DNA from: Camelus ferus
Taxonomy: Eukaryota
Direction of reading: 5' to 3'
Assembly (NCBI RefSeq): GCF_009834535.1
Contig: NC_045696.1
Span: 52,578,001 to 52,642,000, forward strand
Length of the DNA stretch: 64,000 nt
This document shows, in pieces, positions 26,580 through 40,700 of the stretch (position 1 is the first letter of the stretch; each line of letters starts with the position of its first letter). A program made the translations under genes and the position numbers. The notes beneath the pieces were generated by a model, which saw only the letters and a program-made list of their open reading frames with translations, did not search any database and was not told the origin of the DNA.

Positions 26580-26758
26580 TTCTCCCCCCAGTTAGAAAGA
26601 GCTGCACCAGTGAATAGACTCGTGCATACACACATAGCTGGATTGTCCACACACAAATATTTAGAATCTATCTCCTTGTTTTGCTTTTTGGATGAACAGA
26701 TATTTACAACTTCTTCTTTTTGATTCTACTCCAGCTGCTATTCAGAATTTATTTGAAG

Positions 26759-26869
26759 GAAGGAGGGTAGAGTGCGTGCTTAGCAAGCACGAGGTCCTGG
26801 GTTCAATCCCTAGTACTTCCATTAAATAAGTAAATAAATCTAATCACCACCACCCCCCCCACCAAAAAG
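26759..26869 (+). mobile_element. Camelid tRNA-derived SINE (Vic-1 type), A-box deleted
   Basis: 'gagtgcgtgcttagcaagcacgaggtcctgggttcaatccctagtacttcc' with B box. Perfect 16-bp TSD 'cagaatttatttgaag' at 26743-26758 and 26870-26885. Confidence 0.92.
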
Positions 26870-27825
26870 CAGAATTTATTTGAAGTCCTCTCAGAACTAT
26901 GCAGAGAATTCTCATTAGCAAAACATCCATACTCATACAGCTCTTCACGTGAATTCCCATTTCTTTTGCCACATATTCAGGGAGCCATTTGGCTTTTCTT
27001 TTATTTCCTTCTGCCCCCTACGACACCCACATCTTTCTTGTTGAAAAACCAATATGAACTTCATGAATTGTTTAGAAGGTTCACTGCTCTACAGGGCTCA
27101 TAAGTTGAAAAAAAAAATCACCAGGGTCTTTTCTCCTTTTCACTTGATTTGAGAGAAGCCCTTCTTCTGGGTCCTGGAATATTGGTGTGTAAAATCTTCC
27201 AGTTGCAAGGAAATTGGGATGATTGAGGCTGAAATCAGCATCTGAAATGGTGATGAATAAATTCATGAGTCAGTTCCCTTTTATCCCTGCAGTTAAATAG
27301 TGTGTATAGAAAATATTAAATTAGCAGTTGTCTACTGAGAATTTACTACATGGACTCAACAGTGCAAAGTATTGTGAAATATAAGAGAAAGTATAAGCTA
27401 TGATATCCACTTTCAAATTTATAATCTGGTTGAAGCGATAAGATTAACATGCCCAAATTAATGAAAATCAATTCAAATCATTTTATAATCAAGTGTTTAA
27501 TGATGTAGCACAAATTCTAAATGCAGTAGGAGCATAGAGAAAAGTAAAACTACTCGAAGCAAGCATTATCCAAGAAAACTTAATGACTGGCAATGGCGCT
27601 TAAATTGCCCTGACATGAGGATAGTGTTTACATAGTCAGGTCAAGGTACAGGACCAGCCAGGCCAGGGGAACTGCATTTAAAAGGCTGTGGCATAAAACT
27701 GGGAGAGGGTAGAAACAGGAGATGGTGGAAAGAGAGGAAAGAAGTGAAATCCCAGTATGAGTGTGTGTTGAGGAGAGAGGAATGAAAGACAGAATACAAA
27801 TGGGAAAGGGTCAGATCACATAAGG

Positions 27826-28250
27826 TTACCACAGTTCCGATCTACAACCTCTGCAGCAACCAGTGCAGGAAGGCAAGCCTTACTCTCCGCAGCCACCAGT
27901 CCAGAGAGTCCAGGACTAGGCCAGTGACTGTCAGCTACCCTAATTTTTTGTCCCCCCACCTCCTGCTTCTAATTTAGGACCAATGAGAGAGAAAGCCGAA
28001 TATGCTCCCCAGACCAATTCCATCAGTTGCCCTGCTTCTAGTTAGTCCGCCTCCAGCTTCCCTGTGCCAACAGCCTTCAATCAGAGCACACCTCAGGTCT
28101 TCCCCTTTTTCCACCAAAAAGCTTTCCCACTCCCCTGCCTGCCCTTGAGTCTCTACCAAACTCATGTGATGGTGGCTGAATCCCTTCTATGCAGCACACA
28201 CTGAATTAAAGCCTGATTGTTCTCATTTGGGCAGTCTGTTTATTTCCACA
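27826..28250 (+). mobile_element. ERV1-class LTR (old eutherian MER-type; family uncertain)
   Basis: CCAAT-containing U3 'ggaccaatgagagagaaagccgaatatgctcccc', 'aagctttcccactcccctgcctgcc', ends 'tttatttccaca'. Confidence 0.75.
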
Positions 28251-29604
28251 GTTGAAAAGGAGCATGTCTATAATAGTTCTGTTTGTCTCTTATTATTACA
28301 CAAATATGTGCACTTGTTCTCCTCTCTCCCTGCTACTCTCCCTCCTTATCTCTTGACAGCTACACTTTATACAGGCTTTCTTACCAATTTCTTAGAATGT
28401 CCATAATAAAGACAGATGTCAAGAGAGCTAGTACCTCCATTTCAGAAATGAATAGAATGAGGCGTTCAGGGTAGTCTCTGCTGAGGACATTCATTCATGT
28501 CCTTTGGATTTAACATGAGGGGTGAATGCCTCAATCCTACCCTGCCCCTTGACTCTAGTTCACCTTTTCCCCAACAAAAGGCCCTTTTATTATTATTCTT
28601 TTAATAATAGCCCCTTATTGTATAAGTTTTAGTCTAATAATGATTAGTGTTTTTCTAGTATATTTTAATTTAAAACATCTAAAATGTTTAATCTGAGTTT
28701 CTGATCAACACAAGATAACAAGCATTGCTGTCATGCTAGATGATATATTTCCAGTCAAACCAACAAACAAGCATTTTAAATAGTCAGTGCAACATGATCT
28801 TCAATATAAATATATGGATTCTATTAGGGCTTTCTGAAATTCTGAAAATAATAAATAATTATCCCCCATTTCCATTCATGCTTTTGAGGAGTTATTGTGT
28901 TTCTGGGAATCCAAAATTGGGAACAGCTCCTTAGATGTTATAAAAATTTTGTTACAACTTTACTAATTCCTGGAAGCTCAGTCCTTTACATCATATTCCA
29001 GAACTCTAAGGTAAATTACCTTCTGGGTTTTACAGATAGAATTTGATCATTTTGGATATTTAAAGGAATTTGATACCCCTACCTAATATATATGGATGGA
29101 CTAGAAGTAGACACACAGCTAGCAATGAAGTTTTCTGGTATAATATCCTCTTCTTCTCTACCATATAACCAAGGAGCTAGAGGCAGCAAGGTGGGCAGGG
29201 AGATTTAGCTTGACCATCCTAAATCTCCCCATGATCTTGCTTTCCATTTAAAATCTTGGGTCTGAATCTTAGACAGTTTTTCAGCTGTTCCTTGAGTAAT
29301 TACGCTTGGTTCATTTCATTACACCCCTTGTTATATGTTCTTACCATACCCTGAGTGTTTCCTTCATTGCACGTACTCCCAGCACCCTAATGACACCAGC
29401 AAGAGGTCTTTATGTCACCCTTGGGAAGAGGGGAGATTACTTTAGACAGTGTCTCTTGTGGATGGATGACTCCCTTCCACAGCATGTGTGATCCTGTTAA
29501 ATGTAATCAGGGAGGCTGGGCCTTCCTTACCAAGGGATCCTGTCTTCTTCCTGAACTTTGCTCAGTCATCTCTTGTCATAAGTCTGGGGGATGTATTTTG
29601 AGGC

Positions 29605-29997
29605 ATGTTTTAGTTAAGATGAGCTAGGCCATTGGAACAAACAGCACCAAACTGAATAATGGCTTCACACAGCAGAAGTTTATTTCTTCCTTATTCAACA
29701 GTTCCTCATTGGCACCTGACTTTCTCCATATGGTAATTCAAGAACTGAGACTTCTTCAGTATCATTGCTCTGCTGTTCTCTAGGGCTTTGTCATCTTCCA
29801 TTGGCCGAATATGGAGAGCAAGGAAGAAGCACACCTACTTCTTATAATGGCTTGACTCTGAACTGGCACATATCCCTTCCATTCATATTCTGTTTGTGAG
29901 AACCTTATGCAAGAGAGGCTAAGAAATTTAGTCTATCTATGGGCCAAGGATAAGAAGAAAATGAAAATGTAGGGAACAGTTAGCAATGTCTGCCTTA
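29605..29997 (-). mobile_element. MaLR LTR (MLT1J-like)
   Basis: 'aatggcttcacacagcagaagtttatttct...cttccattcatattctgttt...gcaagagaggctaagaaatttagtct...cagttagcaatgtctgcc'. Confidence 0.7.
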
Positions 29998-31265
29998 GGT
30001 ATTTGTAGCCTCTGCCTACTTCTTGCCACCCACTAAAGATATTGGAATATTAGTAGTGTTGCAAAGAAACCATTATACATATAGCTTTCCTCTCCCTGGC
30101 CTCACTAACTTATTCAGCAGTAATTGTCATTGTCTTTACTGGAGAGGAGAATTGCAGTTGATCAATCGTCTCTAATTTTCTCTAGTTTGTGGTGAACTCC
30201 CCGTGGCTGCTCTCTGCTACTGTGACAGCTGCTCTTGGCAGATGCTCCTTTTAGCTTAGCTTCGCTTGCCTTGAGGTCCCACAGCAGTAGAACAGCTCAG
30301 GGTTGTGCTTTCAGCTCTATCTCTTGAGGGCTAACTCATGACCTCTAGGTCTTTGGATTCTCACAAGACCAGCTACAGCTTGGGGCCCTACTTTAGTCTG
30401 TCTCTAATTCTTCTTGGAATAGCATCACAGACCTATCTTCCCCTTTCTTTTTCAACTCTGACCACAGCCATGCCTCAGCTAGCAGTCTGTGCATAAAGGG
30501 ACCTGATAGCCAGATTCTAAGTTCCAGATGATCACCAAGAGTCTAATATGCCTTTGCTAGTAGAAACAGACACTCTGTAATGATGGGATACAAGCAATGT
30601 GCAAGATGGATAGAATTCCATTTTGGAGCAAAAGTCACTTTTCTTTCTTGTTCAGATCAGTAGCTTAGCATACTGCTCATGTTTTCTAAATTTCAAAAGA
30701 CCTTACATGTAATCATTTATCCAGTGATTCATTTACTTTTCTATTCAACACATTTTTGAGTGTCACTATATTTCAGGTACTGGGGATATAATAGTAAACC
30801 AGATAGAAACAGTCCTAGTGATTTTGCATGATGTTGTTAACAGGGAACCCTGGGTCCCCATAAAATAAAAAGTTTCAGGGATGCATGGATTATCCAGGGG
30901 CTTTTGAGTAGCTCTGTCTCAAGCTGGACAGGTTGTCTCTATCCTACCTCCTATTCATCCCTGTGTGCTTTGTTGCACAGACTTTAGAGTAACCCAGAGA
31001 ACCATTTTCCTGAGGAACTGGCTTTGGTCTTAAATAAATCAACATATTTAAAGCACCTAGCAAGCTCCCAAAATAGTAGATAAGACAATTAAATGGCAGC
31101 TATTATTAATTATAGCATTATGCTCTTTAGGAAATCACAGGGGGAAAATTGGTCCAGCTGATAATTTTAAATTGCTTTTATTCCTGTAAAAGCTTGCTCA
31201 GGCCTGAGTACCTCTTTTGTGTGGCATGAGATCAGCAGACATGAGTTGATGACTCAAATGTTACA

Positions 31266-31520
31266 AAGGAATGGGGAGTGGAGGGATAAATAGGGAGTTC
31301 AGGATTTGCAGATACTAACTACTGTATATAAAATAGGTAAACAAAAACTTTCTAGTATATAGCACAGGGAACTATATTCAATATCTTCTAGTATCCTCTA
31401 ATGAAAAAGAATATGAAAAGGAATATATGTATGTATATGGATGACTGAAACATGTTGTACACCAGAAGTTGACACAACATTGTAAACCAACTATACTTAA
31501 TATTTTTTTTTAATTTAAAA
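31266..31520 (+). mobile_element. 5'-truncated L1 3' UTR (camelid type)
   Basis: 'gggataaatagggagttcaggatttgcagatac...gcacagggaactatattcaatatc...acacaacattgtaaaccaactatactt'. TSD 'aaatgttaca' 31256-31265 and 'aaatattaca' 31521-31530. Confidence 0.92.
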
Positions 31521-33419
31521 AAATATTACAGTGCAGCTCAGTCATGGCTGGGATATTTAATGAATCTTACAGGGAAGAATGGTGAAGATCTGTGGTGGGA
31601 ACACCGAGAACACAGCATAGGGATGCTGCCCGCCTCCAGAGAGCATGGCTAAGCACTGTCCTCAGCGTTCCAACAATGACTCTGTAGGACACAGAAAAGG
31701 ACAAAGGTTCAGAGGCTGGGAGGTGGTGAGGTTGGGGAATGAAACTGATTATTTTGCTACTATTTCTACATGCTTCGTCTTCCTCTCCTGTGTTATACCT
31801 GCCTCTGTACCCAAGGAGACGGAGCCTTCCAAATGAATGATTCATGAGGATTACAGCCTCAATGTGAGGATGTTATGCAGTTATCACCAGGGATCAGAAT
31901 CATTGATCAATCTCAGTATTCAGTGTGGCTTCGTCTGTGTCCAGAACTGCATGAGGTACGGTGAAAGGAGGCAAGAGAAATTTATGATGCCATCTCTACC
32001 CTTAAAGAATTTATGTGGAGACCAGACAAACACAAAAAACGCTTACAGAACAATTCAAGTCTGAACTGTTTGGCACAAACTAGAAAGGCAGTTTTAAGCT
32101 TTAGCCTGGCCTTTATAGCCACCTGCAGGGAGGCACTGTAGGGCAGTACAAGAGGACCAGTTTGTGGTCCAGCACACCTGGATTCAAAGTTTCACTCTGC
32201 TACCTAATGACCTGTATAACCTTGAGCAGTTTACGTAGTCTCAAAGCTTCATGTGTCAAACAAAGGAAATGCTTTATCCTAGGGTTTGAGTGATCAGTGA
32301 GTTGAAAACATCAATTATCAGGAAAATAACAGAGACACAAAAAATGCAGGTGACCACCCGACATCCAAGTGGCTCTCCCACAAGAATCTCAGAGACAAAA
32401 TATTTAAAACCAGGCACATCATCTTCTCTACAATCCTCACATGGTAAGACTTACTTGTCTTTTTGACTTCCCATTTTTTTACCCCATTTCTTTTTATGGC
32501 AGCCCACCTTTTCTAGTCATCAAGGCTTGAAACCATCACGTCCTCTTTGACTGAAACACCCTCACCTCCACATCCAATCTCTTTCAAACTTCTACATTTT
32601 TTTTTTCTTTTTTAACTTTCAATGTGTCTCTAATCCAGAGGTTCCTATCATAGTGTCATGATTGGGCTTTAAGAGGCCTGTGAACTATATAATATTATAT
32701 GGGAAAAGGCTATAATTCTTAAGTGTATCATCTCAGATAGATTGTATACCACAGTCATCCCTTTACTGCTATTTCTTCTGCTACCATGTAGTTGCAGGTT
32801 TTTAACATTTTCTGCCCAAGTACAACAGCCTCCTAACTTACAATCTTCTAATTTGTTTTATTCTTTGTACCACTGTCATTGGCACCTTAAAATATGCTTC
32901 CAATCATGCCATTTCCCCAATCAGCAATTTTCAACAAACCAAAAATTCCAACTAACTTTGGAACTTTTATGTTCTGGTTCTCTGTCCACATGCCCTATGC
33001 TCCAGTGAAACAAACTGCTCACTCTTCTTTGAATATACTATTAAAAAAAATTAGTTGCATCTTTTGTAATGTAAAACATGAGGGAAAAGATGCAGAGCAA
33101 ATCATCAGTGGACAGAAATCATAGATTTTCAGAAGATTAATCACAAAGTTCCACTCCAGGATGCTCCTCCCACTCGTACACACCTTTGTGCTCTGCACTC
33201 CTTCACAGATAACTCATAGTAATTTGAGTTAGAGAGTGGGTGCTTAGGATAGGCCAGCTCTGGACCAACTGTGGTTAAAAAAAAAAAAAAAAAGAGTCAA
33301 CTTTTGTTGCTATTTCAACGTAAAACATTCAAAGAATTTCCTTTTCTAAATTCCAAGATTATTAACCCAAACCCCCCTACTTGCAGCAATTCATTTCCTT
33401 CTTTGGCAGATTTGACAGT

Positions 33420-33958
33420 CTACAGCTGACAATATTTGGGTGCCCACTCAGTTCTGGAGCCATGGCCCCTCCTCTGAGGATGCCCTTACAGACCTCAACA
33501 CATAAGGAGGGCTGCCCACCAGCAGCCAGATTTGCACTATGTTACACCTCCTTCCTGATCGTGACTGATTGGATAATAGTGGTACCTGACACAGCCTGGG
33601 TCAATCACGTTCCCGCCCTGGACACTTGGAATTGGAATAGAGAGACTGCGAGCCAGGCATGAGATGCAGCTGGAGGTCTAAGATGTAAATAGCAGGAGCT
33701 GTTCAGGGAATGCAAAAAGCTGTTCCACAGTCAGAAGGAAGAAAAAGAGAAGATGATATGAAAAACTTAGACATAAAAGAGAATAAAAGTGTTCTGATGC
33801 CTTTCAGTTCCTGGTTTCAGACCTTCCAGGCGTCTGGCTCTGTCCTTTTCTCGGATTCTCTGAAAGGCAGGTCTCTTCCTCCCCTTCCCATTTTCTTTTA
33901 CAGTTAAGCTAACTTGAGTTGATATTTCATACAGACAACCAAGAGTCCTAACTAATAC
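33420..33958 (+). mobile_element. Old MaLR LTR (MLT1K/L-like)
   Basis: 'gtgactgattggat...cctgggtcaatcac...taagctaacttgagttg...caaccaagagtcctaactaatac'. Confidence 0.6.
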
Positions 33959-34889
33959 TATAATCTGATTCCAGGCTGATCTTCCTTCATTCATTCAACA
34001 TACATTGATTGAGCATCTACTAGATGCCACACACTCTGTTAGCCTCCCTGCAGGAGCATATAAAGAGAGACAAATAGGTCATTATAATTTAATAAGAGAA
34101 GTCCTCTATCAGACCTATGTGCAAAATACATAGGCATGGCAAATAAATAGAGATTGAGAGGAGGGAACATAGGTATTTTGAAAGTAGATGGTGCCTTAAC
34201 TAATCCTTGAGCCAAGGCTCAAGGCTTTATCAAGAAAGAAGGAACAACGTGTGCAAAGGTGTGGAGGCAAGCAGAGTTTGATCTGTTCTGGGAACTGCAA
34301 GTCTCTTCTATTTGGTGTCTAGTGTACTTATATTTGATTTCCCCAATGCAGAAAAGAGAGAAGAGTGGCAAGATGTTAAGGCCTGGGCCCAGTGTAAGGA
34401 GTATTTTCTGTCATTCCATGGATTCCCTCTTTAGGTGTTGGAAGGATTATTGATAATTTTAGGCAGCAGATTTAAGACCTTATTTACAGTAGCTCAAGCT
34501 CATCAATTTTGGATGGCACATTCCAATGTTTTATCAAGTGAAACCATGTAAAATAGCTCTTATTAAATGCCTTGGGATTCAGGTACAATTATGCCTGTGC
34601 CTCTATCTGGAGTAATCACTTTCGATAAATGGGCAAAATTCCTCTTCTCCTGTTATTTCACCAACTGCTTAATTTGTGATTCTCTCTTCAACGTGTTCTA
34701 TCTTTCTCTCTCTCTCTGTTTCTCTTCATACATGCCCATATTTTTTTCAGTCATTTTTATATGTATGTTAATATCTTTCATGATTTATCTCTTAATATAA
34801 ATCATTTTCTAATTTATTTTACAGTAATTATTATAATTAAATTTTAATAGTACTCACATAGCAATTAATCTCATTACAATTAAAAATGA

Positions 34890-35625
34890 CATAAAGCTGG
34901 GAGCAATATAAAGCATTTTGGATGTCAAGCCAGGACCCAAAAGGATCCCCACAAGCTAGAGTGATTATTGGACTCTTAAGAAAATCTGCATAATAGTAAT
35001 GAAATGTAGGGTCCACACTTCAGTCCTAAAATCCAAGTACCCAACGATAATATGGAAGATAGCCCAAGCAGAAGAGCTTTTAGCTACCCATTCACTCCAT
35101 GTAAGTCAGTAGTGTGCCGTGAACTTCCCCCAAAGCAGGTATGTCTGAAGGTCCATTCGTGGACATATGCCTCTCTTAAAGCAGGAGCCAGTGGTCCCAC
35201 CATTCTTGATACTGGGTCTATGACACATAGAATGTTGGGCTTATTCAGGCTTATCACACTTTAAGAAAGATATAGAAAAGTCTTTACCTGTTTCAAGAAC
35301 TGTGAGATCATGAGAAGACTCCAAAAAAGTGGGGATTTATGATATTTAGTTTAGAGAAGAGTCAGTTGTTTTAAAATATTCAGAGAACTGTCATGCAGAA
35401 GAGGAAAGGGGGTCAGACTTGTCATTTATAGCCCCACTGGGAAGAAACAGGACCGACAGGGTCAGGATGGGAAATTCATGTAGACAGACTTTGGTTTAGG
35501 ACAAGAAAGAATTTTCTAAGGGCTAATTCTGTCTAATGACAGAATGAGCTGCCTCAGGAGGGTAATGATGTCTCCATCTCTGGAAGTATTCAAGCTCGGG
35601 ATGCATGACTACCTGTGAGGTTGCT
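34890..35625 (+). mobile_element. L3/CR1 LINE 3' region
   Basis: CR1 hallmarks 'cacactttaagaaagatataga', 'tttagtttagagaagag', 'aagaaagaattttctaa...gaatgagctgcctcaggag...tctccatctctggaagtattcaagc'. Confidence 0.8.
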
Positions 35626-35989
35626 ATAGAAGAGATCTGAACTTTACCTATTTTTGGCTTAGGTTCTTGAAGTTTCTTTAGGGATACTATTTATACTGAC
35701 ACCATCTTAACTTCTAAAAATCTTTCCTGTCCTTTGAGATAAAGATAAAAATCCTCCAAATACGCTTTCTTTCTATGTAATTAGAATCACCCTTTATGTA
35801 ATAAAAATTCATGTTGTACTTACTGCACTTTTCTTTTAATATTTTTCACATTGTTTCACGTAGTGGCTATGAATATGTTTTATCACCTCTCATGCTGAAT
35901 GAATGAAGGGATGAATGTTGATTAAAGACACATAAAAGCAAACATCCAAATGATTTTTATTAATCTTAATTCTTCTTTAAACTATTTCA

Positions 35990-36905
35990 AAATCATTTCA
36001 AATCTGAAGTACAATTCAAAGAGTATCCATATTCCCCTTACCCAGACTTCTCACTGTTAACATTTTGTTGTATTTGCTCCATCTCTCTCTTTTCCCTTTC
36101 TTCACAGACTCTCTCCTTCTCTCTCCCTCTGGGTATGTGTATATGTATACATATATAGACACACACACATATACAAATATATTTATATAATCTAGACATA
36201 TATTTACATATAAATACACATATACAGTATATTTTCATTATCATTAGTCTTTTTTATAGCCATTTGAGAGCAAGTTGAAAACAGTATTCCCCATGACCCC
36301 TAAATACTCCAACTTGCCAAAAATATTCTCATACACAACCATTGTACAGGCCTTTAAATCAGGAAATCAATAATGATATCACACTTTTGTCCAAAATACA
36401 GACCCTATTCAAATTTGCAAACTGTCCCAACAATAACATTTTTTCCTTCTGGTCCAGGATGGCATCCAGGAACTCACTGCATTTATTGATCATGTCTCTT
36501 TAGCCTCTTCCAAATCTGTGTCTAGTTCTTTATCCTTTCCCTGTCTTTCATGTTCTCAACAGATAGTGGAGGGCCTAGAGCTGGGCTCTTTAACATGGTA
36601 GCCACTAGCCACATGTAATTATTTAAATTAAAATTAATTAAAGCTAATAATTTCACTTCTCAGTCACACTAGCCACATTTCAAGCATCCAAGAGCCACAA
36701 GTGGCTCATGGCTGCCCAGTTGACAGCACAGCTCTGAGACATTGCCATCACCGCAGTAAATTCTGTTGGACATTGCTGGTCTTCAGAGTGGCTTTCAACC
36801 TGGGTATCCCTAATGTTTCCTCATGGCCAGTCTCAAGTCATGCTTTCTTTGCAGGAATATCACAGAAATGATACTATGCTCTTCTCAGTGCATCACATAA
36901 GGGAA
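35990..36905 (-). mobile_element. L1MC4/5-like 3' region, interrupted by MER33
   Basis: 'ccatattccccttacccagacttctcactgttaacatttt', 'gccatttgagagcaagttg', 'cagaccctattcaaatttgc', 'ggaatatcacagaaatgat...ttctcagtgcatcaca'. Confidence 0.75.
36576..36778. mobile_element. MER33/MER3-like hAT-Charlie transposon
   Basis: 'atggtagccactagccacatgt...cagtcacactagccacatttcaag...aaattctgttggacattgctg'. Confidence 0.85.
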
Positions 36906-37739
36906 TATTTTCTTTAACATCTGTGTTTAATTTGACTCTTTACTCCAAATTACCATGAGCAACACTTACTAAGTTCTGCTGTGTATATGGCAATATGACA
37001 TTACAACAAAGCATATAATCCAGTCCTTGATATCAAGAAACTTGTCAGTCAGGAAGCTAGATATAGCATAGTTGCTTAGAGTCCAAGCTTCAGACACAGA
37101 GAGCTCTGTATTTGAGTTTCAGCACTGCCATTTTATAATCTCCCTGTTCAATGTGCCTGTGTTGAGTGCATACTCAAGTGCAGGCCATTGCAGGAAGTAA
37201 GTTTGTCAGCATCAGAAACCACGACCTTCTTGGTATCCTGTACAGCACCTCAGTTAGGTAGGCCTCCCAACACGGGTAGATTGATGGAATGAAACAACCC
37301 ATAAATTCTATGATGATTCAAAGACTACATAAAATTTAGTCACAAATAAAGTTTAAGAAAGTTGTGCTATGTCAAACACTCTTGGTAACTTTAAATGAAA
37401 GTTGTGTATTAATGGAAAGGATTATGTTGAACTCATCCATCCTGGCTGCAGATGTACTTAGAGCTGACTAAGCCTACCCAGAGTCACTCATATCTTCGCA
37501 TGCAGTAAGTCTGGTAAAAGGAACTGGAGGATTAAATATTTATGTCCTTCTAAAGTCCAGGAAAAGGGGAAGGGGTGTATATTATGTAGTTACACAAATT
37601 AGATTTCCTCCTAAGAAATAAATCATGCTATTAATCTATCATAAGTAACTACTGCATGCTATGGGCTAAATCTCCATTTTCGGTTTGCTGTTAAACACAG
37701 CCACCTTTTTGGGACTGTGATTATGTAGAGTCATTTGGA

Positions 37740-37955
37740 TCAAAAGCACAAACTCCTTTGTCAGACTAGCTCTGTGAACTTGTCCAAGTTACTCAACTCT
37801 CTATACTTCAGTTTTTCCATCTGTGAAATGTGGACACCAATAGTTTCTAGATCATAGGACTGTTTCAAGAATTAAAAGAGAAAATTTAATGTAAAGACCT
37901 TTCTTAGCATGGGTCCTGATTCATGGTAAGGGTTTAATACATGCTTGCTGTTGCA
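37740..37955 (+). mobile_element. MIR SINE
   Basis: 'ctgtgaacttgtccaagttactcaactctctatacttcagtttttccatctgtgaaatg'. Confidence 0.75.
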
Positions 37956-39559
37956 TTTTCTGTTTTATTTCTTCTTTGTTTGTCATAATCGCACCTTCCT
38001 CCTGCTCTAATACTCATACTTACATAAAATCATAGAATTTTAAAACTGAAAATGTTATTACAAGTCACCTTGTAATCCACTCATTTTTTAGAAGAATGAA
38101 CTGAAATGTGGTTTACCTGTGCTGGTAGAATCTGCTGCTCAGGGGCAGAGCTCAGAGTAGAACCTACTACATCATACTGACTGTGAACCAGAACTGGTTC
38201 TTTGGTCTGCATGCTTATTAAGTGCTATTATATAGCATTAGGCTAAGCCTTAGGGATTAAAAACAAAAAATGATGATGATATATTCCTTCTTGGGAAATA
38301 CTCACAAGGGGTAGGGATCTGGGGGACAGGTGGGGAACGAAGGTGTAAATTCATTGTAAATGCCATGGCTAATTTAGAGGTGTGCAAAGGGAGCTATGAG
38401 ACCATTTGACTCCCTTAAGGAACTCAGGTTTTGACACATATTTTTTCATAGATCCGAGAAATTCATTGAAAAGCCACCTGCAATCATCTTTTTCAAGCAA
38501 AATACCCATTGACACACAGGTAGTCAGTCCCCAGCTAGGACTTGACTCATGTCTGCTTCTAACACCCACTCCTATCAGAGCTGTTGGTTCAGTTTACCAG
38601 TGTGTATATATGACCTCTTCGCTTTCAGCCTAAATGTGGTTTTTAATTTGAGAGAAGAAATAGATAAAACAATGACCTGAGAGCATAGATTTGTTTGGTT
38701 GAAATCTAATTATGCTGCTGACTTGTTGTATGACTTAGTGGAGATCATTTGTTCTGCTTTTATCTACTTACCCTATCAAAATCTCCTACTCCCCTGGGCT
38801 TTTGTGGGAAAGATTTTGCCCAAGTGATGCATGATGCTTTGTAATTATGAAATATTTTGCACTAAAAATACTAATTTCTTATGTCTGTCATTCTATTTGA
38901 TACAATTACGATTTTTGCAAATGTACAAGGAATAAAAGTAATAAAATAATATTTGAAGGACTTAGAGTCTCCTTTGTTTTGAATGAATATGTTTAATCTT
39001 TCTGCAAATGAAGTAAGAGTTTTCTTCATAGAAGGTTTGGAATATGTATTCAACGTGATTGCAGCTTAAATTCTGGGGCAAGGAAAGATAGGAGTCCTCA
39101 GGATAATGGACAAAACCAATTTTAAGGAGCTATCATCCTGAATCCTATGAATTGCTGAATTCATCTTATTCATTTATTCATGTTTCCATTCAAGAGCAGT
39201 ACATTGAATTCTTACATGTCAGTTGCCAGACTGGACATAAAAGATACAGGGTTGAATAAACACCCTGTCTAGCTAGTTAATGGATGGATGAATAAATGAA
39301 TCTATAAATATCTATCTCTCCCTGCCCCATAGAGGTCCTCACACTCTAGTAGATGAGACAGAAATATACAAAGTCAACTGTAATACAGTGTGATAAATGC
39401 TATAACAGAAAGTGCCAGGGAGGAGACATACTAGTTCTGCCTGACAGCTCTATCAGAGAATGCTTCATACTGGCAATATTTAACTCAGAGATTAAAGAAT
39501 TAGCCAACTCAGATAGTGCCAAAGCCAATTATAAAAAGTCCATCATATCCTGACTGATT

Positions 39560-40275
39560 TATTTTAATATTAAACATTTTTAAAACTATTTATAGGATTA
39601 TGGCTATGTGGTTCAAAATTCAAAAGCCACAAAGGGTATGCAAGAAAGTCCCTATCTCACACTTGTCACTCCGCTATTCATTCATCTATTCCCTTTCCTG
39701 AAGGTCCTAATGTTATCAGTGTCCAGGGATACTAGAGATAAGTAAAATGTGTGTGTGTGTACAAATATCCAAGTATATGCACACGCACACATTCGCTCAC
39801 AGTTTTCCCCATTTTTATACAAATTAAAGTATAGTATACATACTACTTTGTACTTTCTGTGTTGCACTTAAAAATGTTTCTAGATCGCTTCCCATTACAT
39901 GTATGTCTCTTTCAATCTTTTGCTAAACATATTTTACTCATGTCTGAAGAACTTTGGAGATAGATCCCTGTTATCTTCCAGATTCTTGTGTGTGACTACT
40001 AAGAATTCTGAAGCTACTCTTTCCTGTGTGACCTCTTTTACTCTCTGCAAGTTTTGAGGATCTTGTTTTTCCTCCTAACGTTTAGAATTTGCACGGTAGG
40101 AGTATCTTTTTTTTTTTTTTCCAGTGACTCTGGTGAGGATTCAGTGGGCTTGAGATTTATGTCTTTTGGTTCTAGAAAACATTCTTGCATTACTTCTTTG
40201 AGAAATTGTTTCTCATCATCTCTTTTTTTCTTTTTCTGGAAGTCTTACTAATTAAATTTTTGATCTCCTGGTGTG
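39560..40275 (-). mobile_element. L1ME-like fragments
   Basis: 'tggttcaaaattcaaaagccacaaagggtatgc', 'gtatagtatacatactactttgtact', 'ttctagaaaacattcttgcatta'. Confidence 0.65.
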
Positions 40276-40489
40276 ATAAAATGAATGTGGATTTATTCAC
40301 CAAATGCTAACCTAGATGAACTACATTATTAAATTTGAAAGTAACTCCTTTTGTGACAGGCACACCAAAATGGAGTGTCCTGTAGTGATAATATGGAACT
40401 TGTTAAGATGAAGAAGTGGTTAAAACTGGAACTGTTGATATGTGTTCTTTCAGGGTTTTACATGTATGCATGGCTTATGCATAGTTATT

Positions 40490-40700
40490 TAGTGGGCTAT
40501 AGAGGTAGACTGGCCTGGGTTAAAATTTGCCTCTACCCCTTACCAGCCTCAACACTCTGTTTCAACATCTGCAAAATAGGGATGGTAATGACACTTGTGA
40601 TGTTTAATTGTGCTATTTAAATGTTAAAATGTACTTAAAGAACTTTGCACAGTGCCTGGCATCTAGTAGATAGTCAATAAATAGTATATGTTGTTACTAA
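40490..40700 (+). mobile_element. MIR SINE
   Basis: 'gactggcctgggttaaaatttgcctct...catctgcaaaatagggat...cacagtgcctggcatctagtag'. Confidence 0.7.
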
